NCBI GenBank assembly: GCA_010405405.1
Contig: MU004236.1
Location: 632,576-696,575, forward strand
Direction: 5' to 3'
Length of the DNA: 64,000 bases
Source of the DNA: Microthyrium microscopicum
Lineage: Eukaryota
Every line of letters starts with the position of its first letter. The first letter of the stretch is position 1. A program made the position numbers and the translations under genes. Below are positions 61,677 to 64,000 of the stretch, piece by piece. The notes under the pieces were generated by a model that was not told the origin of the DNA, did not search any database, and saw nothing but the letters and a program-made list of their open reading frames with translations.

Positions 61677-64000
61677 ATGGCGTCTTATGTCCGATGGTCG
61701 CCTCACTCGACCATTGATTCGAAACAGTTCGTTCTGCTGGATACTCAGTCTGCGCGAATTCAATTATGCAGGGTGGAATCTGTTGGCAGTGCGAATACGC
61801 CAGTCCAAGTTGTACAGCACAAGGTTCTGTGCAGTCGCGACAGACTCCCCAACTTTACGGCCTTTGACTTTTCCAGAAATGATCGATATATCGTCGGTCT
61901 TGGTGGCGGCACTGGAGAGGCTACTATCGTGTCACTCAATCCAGACAAACCACAGGCCGAAAGCATAATACGAAGCTTCCCTGTCAAATCCCAAAGACGA
62001 TGTAACTCGCTGGCGTTCAACTCTAAGAATGTTATCGCTACAGCACTAGAAAGAGTTCGCAACGATTCTGGTCTGAGTTTGTGTGATCTCGGTGGAAATT
62101 CGCCAGAACCTTTCAGGAAATTGGCTCCCTCCGAAGGCGTGACAAGTGTCAAATTCTTTGGTCAAAATCCGGACCTGCTCCTGGCTGGAATACAGAAACA
62201 GTATGTTCGCTTATACGATTTACGGGACAATCACACTTCAAATGCTCAGCAATGTCCTTCTCGAATTGTACACAATCTGGCGATTGACCCGTTGGATGAG
62301 AATTACTTCATATCTGCTGGTCCTGAAAAAGAACCGATCGTTGCAGTCTGGGACAGAAGGCATCTTAGAGTGGGAGGCTCCGTTACCCCCTCATCAGAAA
62401 CTGGTCCACAAGGAGCAGTCTTGGAAATGAGACCAGCTCTGGATACTACCAATTCATGCTCTATTTTGAGTCTTCGCTTTTCTGGAGTAAAGCGTGGCTG
62501 CTTCGAGGTCTTATCAAGTTCTGGAGAGCTAAGAACTATAGAATTGGCGCAACATGCCGCGAGATCTGATCTAAAGCAATCATCTCACAATGCACTTGGG
62601 GGTTCACCGTGGGCTTCTACCATGTATACAAGACGAACACATACCTTGGCACATCCAGCATGGAGCTCTTTACATGGTAGAGATGAGAAGCTCAAGATTG
62701 TCTCTTGTGATTTCATGTCCTGGCAGGGACTTTCATCCGACGTATCGTTATTGGCTCTCAATCAAAACAGGCAAATTACAAGGCTTAAGATGCATGGAAC
62801 TCCACGAAAGCTCAACATCACCGCCCTTGACGAGATATGGCTATGGAAAGACAGGCCGAAGGTGTTGAAAGTGCGCGAAAGAGCAGAAACTTCAGCCGCA
62901 GATCTAATTACCATACAAGAAAAGGCGAATCTTGGAAGCGCTAGACGGACATCCGATCAAAGTCTTCAAAATTCATCTGCTCGCCTTCGAGAGTTGAGTC
63001 TGGAATCCCTCGCTCATAAAACACCGAATCATTACGAATCTCCTTTCTACACTTCTAGTAACGATAAACACGAAGATCTCATGTCAATGAACTTTCCGCA
63101 GTACACACCGTCTTTGGAAGATGCTCTGAAGCTCCTTCCCATCCAGCGTCGCCGCTGTCAAGAGGGTTACTCTCTTGTTCCAGCCAAAAATCAAAGAATT
63201 GTTGATAATGACCCTTGGCTTGTTGACATGTGGGGCATAATACAGCGTTTTGAAGATCTTGCCAAGAACGATGGAATGTACCACGAAGGTGTAGACCTTG
63301 CGTACCTTGGTGTATATGCAATCTGGACTCAAGATTTTAATCATAGAAACCGAATTTTTGGTCGAGACTCGTTCTCATCTGCGGATTATAATGAAGCAGT
63401 CATTTCAATCCTTCAACGACGAGGCTATCCCTCGTTTCAAGGACACAAGACTAAGTTCCCTGCCTTGAGGCAGCTTTGTTTGGCAGTCTGTGGTTGGGCA
63501 TTTTCAAAAGAGGTCCTACGACAGAAATGCCAAATCCTCATGGACCGTGGACAGTACTACAAAGCAATTGTGGTAGCAGTGATGCGTGGGTTCAAAGATC
63601 TCGCACAAGATTTGCTTCGAACCGCTATACAGACCAAACGCCTACAAAATATTGGCTTGGGTGCCGTAATCGCATGCGAGTCTGTTAACGAGGAACAACG
63701 AGAATTATGCAGCTGGATGGCAGAGGAGACCGACGATCCCTACCTAAAAGCCCTCCTGGCCTACTTTGTCTCTGGCGACTGGAAAGTCGTCGCTGACATG
63801 CCGCTCCTCCCCCTCTCCGACCGAATCGGCTGCGCTCTCAAATATGTCGACGACACCCGCCTCACCGAATTTATCAAACTCCAAACCAGCATCTCTGCTG
63901 TGGCCGGTCACACCGAAGGTCTCGTCCTCACTGGTCTTACCGACCGCGCCGTTGACCTCTTCCGCCAATACGTCGCTAAATTCAACGACCTCCAAACTGC
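61677..64000 (+). CDS. SEA4: SEA/GATOR2 complex subunit Sea4/MIOS (WD40 + alpha-solenoid), runs off window end
   Basis: Open frame from ATG 61677 with no stop seen: YVRWSPHST, RRCNSLAFN..ALERVRND, VRLYDLRD, LRQLCLAVCGW, DDPYLKALLAY, LSDRIGCALKY, EGLVLTGL..DLFRQYVAKFNDLQTA. Confidence 0.9.
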   Translation, partial: MASYVRWSPHSTIDSKQFVLLDTQSARIQLCRVESVGSANTPVQVVQHKVLCSRDRLPNFTAFDFSRNDRYIVGLGGGTGEATIVSLNPDKPQAESIIRSFPVKSQRRCNSLAFNSKNVIATALERVRNDSGLSLCDLGGNSPEPFRKLAPSEGVTSVKFFGQNPDLLLAGIQKQYVRLYDLRDNHTSNAQQCPSRIVHNLAIDPLDENYFISAGPEKEPIVAVWDRRHLRVGGSVTPSSETGPQGAVLEMRPALDTTNSCSILSLRFSGVKRGCFEVLSSSGELRTIELAQHAARSDLKQSSHNALGGSPWASTMYTRRTHTLAHPAWSSLHGRDEKLKIVSCDFMSWQGLSSDVSLLALNQNRQITRLKMHGTPRKLNITALDEIWLWKDRPKVLKVRERAETSAADLITIQEKANLGSARRTSDQSLQNSSARLRELSLESLAHKTPNHYESPFYTSSNDKHEDLMSMNFPQYTPSLEDALKLLPIQRRRCQEGYSLVPAKNQRIVDNDPWLVDMWGIIQRFEDLAKNDGMYHEGVDLAYLGVYAIWTQDFNHRNRIFGRDSFSSADYNEAVISILQRRGYPSFQGHKTKFPALRQLCLAVCGWAFSKEVLRQKCQILMDRGQYYKAIVVAVMRGFKDLAQDLLRTAIQTKRLQNIGLGAVIACESVNEEQRELCSWMAEETDDPYLKALLAYFVSGDWKVVADMPLLPLSDRIGCALKYVDDTRLTEFIKLQTSISAVAGHTEGLVLTGLTDRAVDLFRQYVAKFNDLQT

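Overview
Intron-containing DNA from a filamentous ascomycete (Pezizomycotina-type GT-AG introns with CTAAC/CTGAC branch sites) carrying about 26 protein-coding genes. Conserved housekeeping genes (POT1, SWR1, UPF2, DIC1, PIN4, PAL1, SOH1/MED31, EFG1, SEA4/MIOS) are interleaved with accessory genes: an AA11 LPMO, an MFS permease, a Zn2Cys6-DsbA-NmrA module, a PTH11-like receptor, a beta-lactamase-family hydrolase, a cutinase, an atypical kinase, a CAP59/GT69 mannosyltransferase and an F-box/ankyrin protein. The most striking part is the left end (1-5602), with two neighbouring fusion genes. One joins a bacterial capsule-type APH-like kinase to a nucleotidyltransferase-like domain. The other joins an SLC35A-like nucleotide-sugar transporter to a luminal STELLO/DUF288-like putative glycosyltransferase domain. 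Together they suggest a self-contained pathway that activates, imports and transfers an unusual sugar. A 147-bp TA-flanked MITE lies between them. No tRNA, rRNA or CRISPR array was seen. All family assignments come from motif recognition by eye, not from database searches.
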